Part shown: piece by piece, positions 42,523 through 53,103 of the stretch | Layout: the number at the start of each line of letters is the position of its first letter | Position numbering within the stretch: position 1 is the stretch's first letter | NCBI GenBank assembly: GCA_963760795.1 | Contig: CAVXEP010000007.1 | Location: 104,146 to 168,145, forward strand | From: an uncultured delta proteobacterium | GTDB lineage: Bacteria; Desulfobacterota; Binatia; UBA9968 | Direction: 5' to 3' | DNA: 64,000 nucleotides | Notes under the pieces: generated by a model | The model's database searches: none | The model's input: the letters and a program-made list of their open reading frames with translations, nothing else | Told to the model about the DNA's origin: nothing | Program-made: the position numbers and the translations under genes

Positions 42523-43520
42523 TCACCGAATCACTTTATCCGCCCGCACCAGCACGTTGGGCGGAATCGTCAGACCGATCTGCTTCGCCGCTTTCAGATT
42601 GACGATGAACTCGAACTTCATCGGCTGCTCCACGGGAAGATCGGCGGGCTTGCGCGCCTTTCAAAATCTTGTCCACATAGGTAGCGGCACGGCGGGCCAA
42701 GTCGGCTAGGCTCGCGCCGTAGGTCATAAGCCCACCGGCTTCGACAAATTCACGCCGTGGAGTAGATCGCCGGGAGCCGGTTCTTTACCGCGAGATCTGC
42801 AATCTCTGTTCGATGAACATTGATGACGGAGCTTCGCCAGCACGAGGACTGCGTCAGCACGCCCCTTGGTTGCGGCGCGGAATGCAGTCTCAATATCCTT
42901 GGGATCTAGGACGTCTAGGATATTGAAGCTTCACCTTGAACGCCCCGGCGGCGAGTTCGATTTCTCTTAACGTTTGTGCGTTGCCCGCGTTGGTTGAAGT
43001 CCCGAAGACGGCCACGCGGGAGAGCTTCGGAACAATCTCCTTCAAAAGCTCCAGTTGTTTTCCGCTTAACTCCGGCGCAAGCGTCGACAACCCAGTAATG
43101 TTCCCCCCAGGTCGCGCCAGGCTAGCGACGAACCCGCTGCCAACAGGATCGTTATCCTGCACCATGACAATGGGAATCGTATCTGTTGCTTCCTTGGCGG
43201 CTCGGGTATCTGTCGCACCACCCGTGACGATGACGTCTACCTTCAGACGCACTAGCTCGGCGGCAAGCGCGGGGAGACGGTCGACTTTTCCCTCTGCAAA
43301 TCGAAACTCAATGACAATATTTTTCCCCTCCACATAGCCCAAGCTCGCGCAGACCCTGCGCGGAAAGCCTCGATGCGGGCCGAGACAGCAGAAGGGGAGC
43401 TGGCACATAGGAATCCTATCCGCGGGATTTTCGTTGGCTGCTGGGCACCGCGGTCAAGGTAAGCGCGAAGAGCAAAACGCAAAGTGTAAGACGCTTGATG
43501 TTACTTCTCAAATGTCTCAC
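42523..43520 (-). CDS. ABC_sub_bind substrate-binding protein, tandem copy B, frameshifted
   Basis: [30 protein letters not shown]; ends ADKVIR. Confidence 0.8.
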
Positions 43521-43575
43521 ATGTGATCTCCTGTTTCTTGCGCATTGCTCTCTGCGCTATGCGCTTGGCGTTCGA

Positions 43576-44591
43576 TCACCGAATCACTTTATCCGCCCGC
43601 GCCAGCACGTTGGGCGGAATCGTCAGGCCGATTTGCTTGGCTGCTTTCAGATTGACGATGAACTCGAACTTGATCGGCTGCTCGACGGGCAGGTCAGCGG
43701 GCTTGGTGCCTTTCAAGATCTTGTCCACGAAGTCGCGGCGCGGCGGAACAGGTCGGAACAGCTCGGCGCGTAGCTCATCAGGCCGCCGGCTTCTCACCAA
43801 ACTCACGTCGCTGAGTACATCGCCGGGAGCCGGTTCTTGACCGCGAAGCTCCGACACTCTGTGTTCGCTGAGTAGCGAAAGTGCCTCCGCCCTGGCGTAA
43901 AGATCGCCTGCGTCGGCCTGTTGCTTGATCGTCATCGCGTAATGCGTCTGCGAAATCGTTAAGACTTCGCACGGCAAGGACTCGCTGAAGCTTTCACTCC
44001 CAACGCCTGGCCGCGCCTCGATTTCCGTCAGATTCAGCTTCTTCTCGGTGCCACCCGCTTCGCACTAAGAAGACGGCGACTCGGACAGCTTTCGGAAGGA
44101 CTTCCTTGAACAGCTCCAGCCGTTTGCCAGCTTAGGTCCGGCGCCATGTCAGCTAATCCGGTGATGTTTCCGCCAGGCTTCGCGCCAGGCTGGCGACCAA
44201 TTCCGGTTCCAACAGGATCGCCGGCGCAAGCGCGAATACGATGGGAATCGTTGTCGTCGCTTCTTTAGCAGCTGCAATTGTCCCGGACCACCGGTGACGA
44301 TGACGTCGACTTTGAGACCGACCAGTTCGGCTGCAAGGTCAGGCAGGCGATCGGGATTTCCCTCGGCATATCGGTACTCGAATGACGAATGTTTTCATCC
44401 TCGACATAGCCCAAGCTCGCTGCAGCCGCTGGCGGAAATGCTTCGATCCGGGCCGATTGCGACGAGAGGCGGCGTATCAGTTCGAAGAGAATTCCTATCC
44501 GCGGGATTCTTCTCGGCTGCTGCGCCTCGGATGCAAAGCTAAGAGCCAAAAAAATGGCGCCCAGAGCAAAGACGAAGATTTTTTTACTCAT
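43576..44591 (-). CDS. ABC_sub_bind substrate-binding protein, tandem copy C, heavily frameshifted
   Basis: [17 protein letters not shown]; [15 protein letters not shown]; middle part corrupted. Confidence 0.7.
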
Positions 44592-44643
44592 AGGATTTCT
44601 TCGCGCTGCAAAGTTCAGAATCGAAAAAGCATTGTGTCGCGCA

Positions 44644-44755
44644 CGTCATTCCTGCGCGCGCGGGAATCCAGACCCGCCATCCTCCTGGATACCGTTTTTC
44701 AACGGTATGACGGACGCTGTCCGTCAGCTGGATTCCCGTTGTCACGGGAATGACG
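44644..44755. repeat. CGTC-type palindromic repeat cluster
   Basis: cgtcattcctgcgcgcgcgggaatccag, ctggataccg..cggtatgacg, ctggattcccg..cgggaatgacg. Confidence 0.8.
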
Positions 44756-44769
44756 GATGATGGAGCACA

Positions 44770-45693
44770 CTAGCGAAAAGTCTCCTTGATGTAGCGGTAC
44801 GCCGCGATCGCCGCGGTGGCGCCGTCGCCGGCGGCGGCGATGGCTTGTCGCGCCGAGTCCTGGCGGATATCGCCGACGGCGTAGAGGCCGCCGCGCGTGG
44901 TTTCCATCCAGGTGTCGGTCGGGACATGGCCGGTGTCGCCTAGCTGAACGATATTTTTCACCAGCGCCGTGTTCGGCTGCAAGCCGACGTAAACGAATAG
45001 GCCGGCGAGCTCGACTTGGGAAGTTTCGCCGGATCTAACGGCGCGAGCGCGCACGCCGGTGACGACTTCGTCGCCGAGAACTTCTTCGATGACCGTTTGG
45101 TAATGCGGCGTGATCTTCGAGTTGTCCAACACCCTTTGCAAATAGGTCTGCTGCGCGGCAAACGAATCGCCCTGATGAAAGAGCAAGACTTTCTCGGCGT
45201 AATTGGTCAGCGCCAACGCTTCCTGCAGCGCCGAGTCGCCGCCGCCGACGACGCCGACGGTCTGGCCGTTGTACATCGGGCCGTCGCAGCTGGCGCAATG
45301 GCTGACGCCGCGGCCCATGAGTTTTTCTTCTCCCGGGACACCGAGATGCTTGAGTGTCGAGCCGGTGGCGACGATCACCGCTTTGGCCTGATAGCTCTCT
45401 TCCTCCGTGACCACCGACCAGAGTTTTTCTGCCGCATCGAGTCGCAAAACTTCGGCGCGTTGAAACTCCGCGCCATGATCCGAAGCCTGACGCTGCAAGT
45501 TGGGGCAAATTTCATAGCCGGAAACGCCGTCGGGGAAACCGGGAAAGTCTTCGATCTTTTCAATGCTGATCAGATGGCCGCCGGGGATGTTCGATTCGAA
45601 AACCAAAGTCGAGAGTCCCTGGCGCGCCGAAAAAAGCCCGGCGGTGAGGCCGGCGAGGCCGGAGCCGACAATGATTACATCGTAATCTGCCAT
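44770..45693 (-). CDS. trxB: Thioredoxin reductase-family FAD-dependent disulfide oxidoreductase
   Basis: GSGLAG, ATG, GVSHCASCDG, GGGDSA, YAVGD, AAGDG. Confidence 0.88.
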   Translation of the reverse strand: MADYDVIIVGSGLAGLTAGLFSARQGLSTLVFESNIPGGHLISIEKIEDFPGFPDGVSGYEICPNLQRQASDHGAEFQRAEVLRLDAAEKLWSVVTEEESYQAKAVIVATGSTLKHLGVPGEEKLMGRGVSHCASCDGPMYNGQTVGVVGGGDSALQEALALTNYAEKVLLFHQGDSFAAQQTYLQRVLDNSKITPHYQTVIEEVLGDEVVTGVRARAVRSGETSQVELAGLFVYVGLQPNTALVKNIVQLGDTGHVPTDTWMETTRGGLYAVGDIRQDSARQAIAAAGDGATAAIAAYRYIKETFR

Positions 45694-45819
45694 GATGTCT
45701 TAGTATTCTTTCGTGTACTGTGAGCTTCGTTCGAAAGTAAGGGGTCAGGGGTAAGGAGTTAGGTGTGGGGATGACGGACGCCTCACTCCTGACCCTTTAC
45801 GCCTTACTGTTCCCGTCTG

Positions 45820-47485
45820 TTATCTCCATTTATCCACCGACACCGTCTTCTGATAGTTGCAATCCATGATGCGCCAGTAGCCGTTGGTTTCGCCGCCGAC
45901 GACGACGACGTGGATTTCCTCGGGCTTGAACATGTGGATCATTTCGTCCGGGCCGGCTTTTAACTTCGACGCGTAGGGTTCTTCGCCGAAGGTGGCGCGT
46001 GGATAGGATGTAATTTTGGATCAATTGATAATCCCAGTATTCCTTCGCCGCCATGAGCGAGTTTTCATAGGCCCATTCGATCAACTTCTCTTTGCTGTCG
46101 AAACCGCCGCGGTCGATGAACTGACGCGCGGTGATGGGATCGAGCAAGAAGGTCGGGCGGCTGTGGGCGTCGAGACCGCGCAGCATGCTGCGCACATGCT
46201 CGCGCCAATATTGCTCGCGCACGCCGAGGGTAAACGCCGTCGAGCGGCAGCCGGTGAATACGCTGACGGCGCTGTCGCTGGCCTTGAAACCATGTCCGAC
46301 GTGGAACGGTGTCCACGGGCTGCGCTCCTCGTTCTCGGCAAAGGTCACGTTGTTGTAGGCGTAGTTGTTGCCCTGGGAGCCCATGTAGGTGACGCCGGGC
46401 ACCGAGCTGCCTTGGCCGTTTTGCGAGAGCAGGCCGTAGGCGCGGCCGATGGTGGCGTTGGCGTGGTTGAACGGTCCCATGGCGCCGGTGCCGCTGTTCA
46501 TCTTAATTTCGTTTCTAATCGGTCCGTTGACGACCACCATGGCGGCCGCTGAGCTCGACGTGCTGCCGCGGGCGGTGACGCCGGTGGACGCGAGCGCCAG
46601 GATCACCGGAAAGTATTCCGGCCGGGCGCCGGACATCACCGCGTTGACCGCGACTTTTTCCACCGTGTATTCCCAGTATTCTCTGAAATGGGTCGAGCGC
46701 ATGTGGCCGACCACTTCGTCGGGCTTGTGGCTGGTGTGCGCGAGCATTTCCTTGACGCGTTTTTCCGTCGGCAGGACGATGGGCAGCTTGTCGGTCCAAT
46801 TTTTGTCGAGAAATAGCTGCTGCAAATTCTCTTCGCTATCGGCATCGACCAGGCGCGGCGTCGCGGCATGGGCGAATTTCTCACTGACAACGCCGCTGTC
46901 GTCGATCGGTTGGGTCAGCCCCTCGATGACTTCCTGCATCACCGGCCGGCCGCTGAGCGGGTCCTTGCCGTCGATGTAGGCGCGCAGTTGTGCCGCGGTC
47001 TTGCCCATCACCGGTTGCGGCACGAAGGCGCGCGGCGCCCGCGGCATGCCATGGACGCGGTTCACCGACTCGACGACTTTTTCAAACACATGGGTGTGCA
47101 GCGCCACCGTGGGCACACCGTATTTATTATCGAGGGTCATTGCATGCGCGGCGACCGCCGGCGCACAGGTGCTTCAATGACCGACACCGACGATGGCGGC
47201 ATCGCCGTCGGCTTTGATCTTCTCCCAGGTCTGCGGATCGTCCTTGGTGTAGACGTTGTTCATCTCGATGAACTTGGTTTTTACCGTCGGCATGTTGTCG
47301 GTGAACCAACTCTGCAACTGGCGCAGAAACAGTCCCGAGTCGTCGAAGCGCGGATCGACTAAATAGACGGTCTTGCCGTCCAAGCTGTCGAGCCGCGGCG
47401 CCAGCGCTTTGGGCGTGATCTTGGGCGGATAGCCCACCGGGTTTAACACCGACATGTTTTGGGTTGCGTTAGTGCTGTCAGCCAT
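45820..47485 (-). CDS. UGSC-family (seleno)protein: Sec at TGA 47174-47176 (GVGH-U-STC), fused to a large C-terminal domain; frameshift ~46005
   Basis: ORFs 47174..47485 and 45830..47140 share a frame and are separated only by TGA + STCAPAVAAHA; LAPRLDSLDGKTV N-terminus; WTDKLPIVLPT, TVEKVAVNAVM, ANATIGRA, AENEERSPW; C-terminus IHVVVVGGETNGYW..VDKWR lies in a shifted frame. Confidence 0.85.
47143..47168 (-). promoter_or_regulatory. Bacterial SECIS-like hairpin
   Basis: UGUGCGC(C)GGC-GGUC-GCCGCGCAUG; the G-initiated apical loop starts 17 nt after the UGA. Confidence 0.7.
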
Positions 47486-47572
47486 AGGTAAATCCTCCTG
47501 GTTCTATTTATGATCTAGCTGGAAAGTAATCAACCGATTTTTTCGGCAGTGGTTCAGTTTCATAAAAACTTT

Positions 47573-47657
47573 GGTAGGGGCTACCCGGCGCCTGCCCTGA
47601 GCGGAGTCGAAGGGTGGTCGCCTGTCCCAGAGGGCAGACACGCAGGCCTACCCCTAC
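47573..47657. repeat. GTAG-type REP pair interrupted by a CCTGAGC..GTCGAAGGG module
   Basis: gtaggggctacccgg[cgcctgccctgagcggagtcgaaggg]tggtcgcc ... gggcagacacgcaggcctacccctac. Confidence 0.7.
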
Positions 47658-48724
47658 TCGGCGAGAAGTTTTTTTACTCTCTCGATCACCTCGGCGCTCT
47701 GGTCCATGACTTCGTGCGCGAGCTTTTGCAACTGCTCTCCCGGCGTGTAGTCGACATCCAGGTTGCTCTTCTTCACCTCGGCAAGCAGCTCGGGGTCCTT
47801 GAGCGCTTGCGCGTAAGCGGCGCGCAGGATCTTCACGAGTTCCGCGCGCGTGCCCGGCGGCGCGATCAGGGCGCGGCCAAAATCATTCGCCGTGAGCACC
47901 GTTTCGGCAACACTCCGGCTCACCTGCGGGGTCTTGTATTCACTCATGATCTCCCAGATCGTCGGCGTCTCGGGCAGCCTCGGGTCGCGGCTGCGCGCGT
48001 CCTGCACCAGATGGCGGTCGTAACCTTTCGCATGCCAAGTGTTAAACGGTTCACGGCCGAAGTGAGATGAGATGTCATGACCGCGGCAGACCACCTCGCC
48101 CTTTTCCACGGCAAGATCGATTTCTTTGCCGCCGGCGTAACCGACGATGACATTGAATTTCGCGCCGACGGTTTCCTCCAGAATCTTGGGTAAAATGTAG
48201 CCGGAGCTGGCAAAGCCCGAGGCGCCGCATTTCGGCGGCTCTTTCGCCTTGATGACATCGCCGATGGTTTTGAAAGGAGCGTCGCCGCGAAAATAGAGCA
48301 TCTGCGTCCATTTTTCTTGGCTGCCGATCCAGTCGAATTTGCGCACGTCGAACTTGACCTCGGTGCGTCCGACCAGTTGGGTTAGATAGAGGCTGCTATT
48401 CGGTATGCCGACGGTGAGGCCGTCCGGTTTGGCGACGCTGTAAACGAAATTGGCTGCCACCACCGAACTGGCGCCGGGCATGTTTTGCACGATCATGTTC
48501 GGGCGCCCCGGAATGAATTTCGGCATGCTCCGGGCGAACATGCGCGCCCATTGATCGGACAAACCGCCGGCGGTGAAACCGACGATAATTCGAATCGTCT
48601 TGCCTTGGTAGTAGGGCTCCGTTTGCGCCTGACCTGGAGCCGTTATAGCGCCGCAGAGCAGAATCGCGACCAAAGGCAGCGCACACATCGACGCGCGCAC
48701 TAAGAATGGAAATTTTTCAAACAT
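47654..48724 (-). CDS. Bug/TctC-family substrate-binding protein
   Basis: YYQGKTI, QNMPGAS, PPKCGASG, GEVVCR. Confidence 0.9.
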   Translation of the reverse strand: MFEKFPFLVRASMCALPLVAILLCGAITAPGQAQTEPYYQGKTIRIIVGFTAGGLSDQWARMFARSMPKFIPGRPNMIVQNMPGASSVVAANFVYSVAKPDGLTVGIPNSSLYLTQLVGRTEVKFDVRKFDWIGSQEKWTQMLYFRGDAPFKTIGDVIKAKEPPKCGASGFASSGYILPKILEETVGAKFNVIVGYAGGKEIDLAVEKGEVVCRGHDISSHFGREPFNTWHAKGYDRHLVQDARSRDPRLPETPTIWEIMSEYKTPQVSRSVAETVLTANDFGRALIAPPGTRAELVKILRAAYAQALKDPELLAEVKKSNLDVDYTPGEQLQKLAHEVMDQSAEVIERVKKLLAE

Positions 48725-48863
48725 TTTATACCTCAGAAGAGAAGGGAGATTACCACAAAGTCTGTCCTGAGCGAATGCGAAGGAACTGCGTCGCGCAAAG
48801 AGCGCAAAGAAGATTTCCGAATGGTAGGGGTGGGTTTGCCGTGCGCAATGAGGAAATCCTATC

Positions 48864-48945
48864 TCACCACGAAGGTCACGAAGAGCACGAAGTTCGGAGT
48901 AATAATTTTCCGAACCCTTCGTGTCCTTCGTGAGCTTCGTGGTGA
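48864..48945. repeat. CACGAAG-type inverted repeat (uninterrupted copy)
   Basis: caccacgaaggtcacgaagagcacgaag ... cttcgtgtccttcgtgagcttcgtggtg. Confidence 0.85.
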
Positions 48946-49128
48946 AAACTCTTTCCCATTTGGTTGCGGCTCTACCGCGTCAGGCACTCTGGGGTTAAAT
49001 TTCTTCTCCCCTTTTTAACCGCGCTGCCAGCGATCGTCCTTGACGTTCAAATTCGATCTGCCTTATGGTGCAGACCGCGCGGGTTTCGTCGATTGGCTTG
49101 GCGTTTTCGAATGCATAACGGAGGCAAT

Positions 49129-50163
49129 ATGAAAAAGACCAGCTGTTTGGCTCTTGTCCATTCTCTTGTGGTCGGTCGAAGTTGCGGCGCAAACTCCCTA
49201 CTTCCAGGGTAAGACCATCAGGGTTGTCGTCGGTTATCCCAGCCGCCAGCGCCCATGACCTGTGGGCGCGGCTAATCGCGCCGCAGTTGACCAAACATAT
49301 TCCCGGCAACCCGGCCACCGTCGTGCAAAACATGCCCGGCGCCGGCTCGATGACCGCGACCAACTACATTTACAGCGTGGCGAAGCCGGACGGCTTGACC
49401 CTCGGCGTCAATAACGCGGCGCTTTACTTCGAACAGCTCCTCAAAAAGAAAGAAGTTCAGTATGACTGGTCGAAATTCACCTGGGTCGGCAGCACGACGC
49501 CGACTAACCCGTTGTTGTATATGTGGGCAAACACACCCTACAAAACCATCCAGGACGTGCGCACCGCGACCGTGCCGCCGAAGTGCGGCGCGACCGGCAC
49601 GGGAAACACCGGCTATTATCTTCCCGAAATTGCTCGAAGAGATCATCGGCGCGAAGTTTCAAATCGTCACAGGCTATGAAGGCGGCGCGAGTATCGAATT
49701 GGCGGTGGAGCGCGGCGAAGTGCAGTGCCGCGCCTTTACCGTGCAAGTGTTCTTCGGCCGCGAGCCGTTTAACACCTGGCGCAGCAAGAACCTGGTGCGG
49801 GTACTGGTTCAAGGCGGCAAGAAGCGCGACCCGCGCTTGCCGGAAACGCCGCTGTTGAGTGAGTTAATGGATCAATACAAGGTTTCGGAAGCCAATCGCC
49901 GATTGGTGACCGTGATGATGGGATCGGGCGAATTCGGCGCCGCGCCGATGTTCGCCGCGCCGGGAACTTCGCCGGAGCTGACCAAGATATTGCGCGCGGG
50001 TTATGCCAAAGCGCTCACCAGCCCTGAGCTCATTGCCGACGCCAAAAAGCAGGGTCTCGAACCTGAGCTGATTCACGGCGACGAGATCGAAGCACTTGCC
50101 AAGGAAGTGTTGACCCAGCCGGCCGAAGTTATCGCGTCGATGAAGAAAGTCATGGGAGAGTGA
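49129..50163 (+). CDS. Bug/TctC-family substrate-binding protein, frameshifted
   Basis: GGAGG-ATG 49129; YFQGKTI, QNMPGAG, PPKCGATG, GEVQCR spread over several frames. Confidence 0.85.
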
Positions 50164-50168
50164 AGAAT

Positions 50169-50263
50169 TGGAGTACTGGAGTGATGGAGTAATGGAGTAC
50201 TGGGTTGAAGCAGTCCGGATCCTAAACCCAATAGCTCCACCACTCCAATACTCCATCACTCCA
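50169..50263. repeat. TGGAGTA/TACTCCA short-unit inverted repeat
   Basis: tggagtactggagtgatggagtaatggagtactgg ... ccactccaatactccatcactcca. Confidence 0.75.
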
Positions 50264-50275
50264 ATTTGTCTTCTC

Positions 50276-51270
50276 TTACCGCTTGCCGCCCCACAGGTTG
50301 TCGAAGAAGCCTGCTATTTTCCATCTCGTCGAGATAGCGGCGATCGATGAGCTGCTGCGGGTTGAACTTTTTTGGCGCGCGGGTCGTTGATGGCGAGCTC
50401 GTCGAGGATGGCTTGCAGCGCTTCTGGCCGCACGTCGAATCTCGGCTCCATGGCTTTGAGTTCGTTGTTGTACGAGGTTTCGAGGACCTTGCGATCGCTG
50501 ACGCGCAAGTACTTGGCTAAAATCTTCAATGTCGTTTCCCTCTCAGCGTGAAAAATCTTCGACGCTTCGGCCATCGAGCGCATGAACTGGCCGATCACCT
50601 GCGGTTTGCGCGCGATCACCGAACGCCGGGAGACGAAAGCCGCGGCGGCGTAGGGAATGCGCAGGTCGGGGCCGTAGATCAAATAGTGAAACCCCTGGGC
50701 GACGGCGTTTTGACCGTAGGTCAGCATCGCCGAGGCGTCGACCGAGCCGTTGAGCAGCGCGATCAGGTCGGCGGCATCGCCGCCGGTCTGGCGAAAGATC
50801 ACATCCTTGGCCGGGTCCAAGCCGATACGCTGCAAAACTTGGATGGCGAAATAATGGTTGTTGCTGCCGAGGCGGTTGACGCCGATACTTTTGCCTTTGA
50901 GATCTTCCGGCCGTTTGATCTCCGGTTTGGCGACGATGCTGTGCGTCAGAATATTCTTTACCGCGCCGACGATGACGAAGTCCTGGGCGCCTTGGACATA
51001 GGCGCTCAGGATGCCGATGCCGCCGATTATGCCGACGTCGGTTTCACCACCGATCATGGCTGCGGCAGCAGTGCTGGCGGAGCGCATGAGCACCAGATCG
51101 AAGTCGAGGTTATGCTTGCGAAAGATGCCGGCATCGCGCGCGATCCAGGGCAAGGATTGTGAGATCGCCAGGGCGGAGTGAATGCCGACGAGCTTGTCGG
51201 CGCCGGCCGCGTTGTGCAATGGCAAGACGACGAGCAGGAAACCAAGAACGGCGATTCTTTGGACTCGCAT
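50276..51270 (-). CDS. ABC substrate-binding protein, NitT/TauT family (frameshifts near the C-terminus)
   Basis: PWIARDAGIFRKHNLD, DLKGKSIGVNRLGS, GLDPAKDV; FFDNLWGGKR in another frame. Confidence 0.85.
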
Positions 51271-51442
51271 AGGCCAGGGCTCCCTTCGCTGGTTCTGAGA
51301 TAGCGCACGCTTACTCTTCTGTCGCACCGGCGTCAATTGAATTCTAGCGGTGCCGGGTTCCCAATTTGAAAAATCAGATCATGGGTGACTTCTGATTGGC
51401 TGGACACAGAGCTGACGAAGTAAATCAGTAGCGATGATCGAT

Positions 51443-51692
51443 TCCCCCTTTGGAAAACTGAGCGTTGCCCATAAGCCGGCTGGACACGGCGGGTGCGGGC
51501 AAATCAACGAATTATGTAAAGCACTCAAGTCGCGGACGAGTTTTCCGGTCCCCTCTTTGGAAAAGAGGGGCTAGGAGAGATTCGTCGCGCCTACGCAGTC
51601 CATTTACAGCACTGGAATGTCACGCTGGTGCTAAAGAAACCTCCCCAGGTCACAACCAGATCCCCCTGAGTCGCCCTTCTCCAAAGGGGAGA
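51443..51692. repeat. CCCCCTTT-family composite repeat with an internal insert
   Basis: tccccctttggaaaa, insert, ccctctttggaaaagaggggctaggagagatt ... atccccctgagtcgcccttctccaaaggggag. Confidence 0.65.
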
Positions 51693-51761
51693 TGGAATAC
51701 GTGGACTTACCGCCATTTGTCGAATATGATGCAGCGACTTCCCCTACATGGATGGTGCTCA

Positions 51762-52772
51762 ATGACGAAACTTCGATCGATTCCGTTCTTGATGTTGCTG
51801 CTTTGCGCGCCGTTGGCTGCGCTAGCTGCCGCGGCGGCGCCGGTGCGCGTCAATATCGGCGCGGCGTCGGCGAGCAGCAGCATGCTCAGTCTGTGGGCGG
51901 CGCAGGAGCAGGGGCTGTTTGCCAAGCATGGTATCGACGCGCAGTTGATCTTGATTCGCGGCGGTTCGACCCTGGTGGCGAGTTTGGTCACCGGCGAAAT
52001 TCAGCTGGCGTTTACCTCCGGCGTATCGGTGCTCGGCGCGGCGGCGCAGGGTGTCGATGTGAAAATGCTGACGTCGATCTCCAGCCGCGTCAGCTGGAAG
52101 CTGATCGCCAATCCGCAGATCAAAACCGCCGCCGAGCTGCGCGGCAAACGCTTTGGCGTGCAAAGTATCGTCGGCAGCACCTGGATGTACGCGATGCTGG
52201 CGCTGGAGCAGTTGGGATTGGAACCGAAGCGCGACAACATTTCCTTTCTGCCCATCGGCGATGCGGTGACCATCGGTCATTCTTTAGAAGCCGGCCGTAT
52301 CGACGCCGCGGTGCTCGACCCGCCGCTCAGCCGGCGGCTCACCGGCAAAGGATTTTCGCAATTGGTCGATCTCGCCAAGACGAACGCGAGTTTTCCTGGC
52401 CTCGGCGTCGGCGTGACGCGCAGTTATCTCGATCAGCAGCCCACGACGCTTGAAAAGGTTGTCACTGCTTTGACGGAAGGACTGGCGTTCGCTCAGTTGC
52501 CGGCCAACAAGCCGGTTGTCCTGAAAATTCTCATGAAGCATTTGCGTGTCACCGACTCGGTCGTCGCCGAAGATGGCTACCAAGATCATCTGTCCACGCT
52601 CAACCGTAAGCCTTATCCTTCGCTCGACGGTCTGCGCAGCGCGCAAAGATTGATGGCGCAGCAGAATCCGAAGATCGCGACGCTGAAGGTGGAAGATTTG
52701 GTTGACGCGCGGTTTGTCCGAAAGCTGGACGACAGCGGCTTCATCGATCGGCTGTATGCCGGGCCGCGGTGA
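51762..52772 (+). CDS. ABC substrate-binding protein, NitT/TauT family
   Basis: Signal peptide from MTKLRS; LFAKHGID, ELRGKRFG, DDSGFID. Confidence 0.88.
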   Translation: MTKLRSIPFLMLLLCAPLAALAAAAAPVRVNIGAASASSSMLSLWAAQEQGLFAKHGIDAQLILIRGGSTLVASLVTGEIQLAFTSGVSVLGAAAQGVDVKMLTSISSRVSWKLIANPQIKTAAELRGKRFGVQSIVGSTWMYAMLALEQLGLEPKRDNISFLPIGDAVTIGHSLEAGRIDAAVLDPPLSRRLTGKGFSQLVDLAKTNASFPGLGVGVTRSYLDQQPTTLEKVVTALTEGLAFAQLPANKPVVLKILMKHLRVTDSVVAEDGYQDHLSTLNRKPYPSLDGLRSAQRLMAQQNPKIATLKVEDLVDARFVRKLDDSGFIDRLYAGPR

Positions 52773-52802
52773 GTGCGCTTTAAAGCTTGTATTCGGAAAT
52801 GC

Positions 52803-53014
52803 CTCTCGCAAAGGCGCAAAGACGCCAAGTTCGGAATCAATGTCATTTCGATTCTTGGGAGAAATCTTGATTAGATCCCTCCTGTCCCTCCGGATGACGG
52901 GCGTCAGCCCGTCACCTTTGCGTCTTTGCGCCTTGGCGAGAGAAATTCCGAGACTGACCGGTGCGCGAAGCGCACCCTACGAAACCCTTCGTGTCCTTCG
53001 TGCCTTCGTGGTGA
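52803..53014. repeat. CGCAAAG-type repeat followed by a CACGAAG half element
   Basis: ctcgcaaaggcgcaaagacgccaag ... ctttgcgtctttgcgccttggcgag ... cttcgtgtccttcgtgccttcgtggtg. Confidence 0.7.
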
Positions 53015-53103
53015 AACCAACGTTGGTATGAGCAACTCGGTTTGAATCGGCGGGGTGATTGCGATATTCGCTGATTAGACAATCATATTTTCGGAGGTAG
53101 ATC

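Noticed and set aside
51381-51431. Small Sec peptide MGDF-U-LAGH
   Set aside because: Only 16 codons, no RBS, no redox motif, and the TGA is not conserved in the 5326 copy
51405-51460. Hammerhead ribozyme (CTGACGA core)
   Set aside because: No stem II followed by GAAA and no flanking stems in the required arrangement
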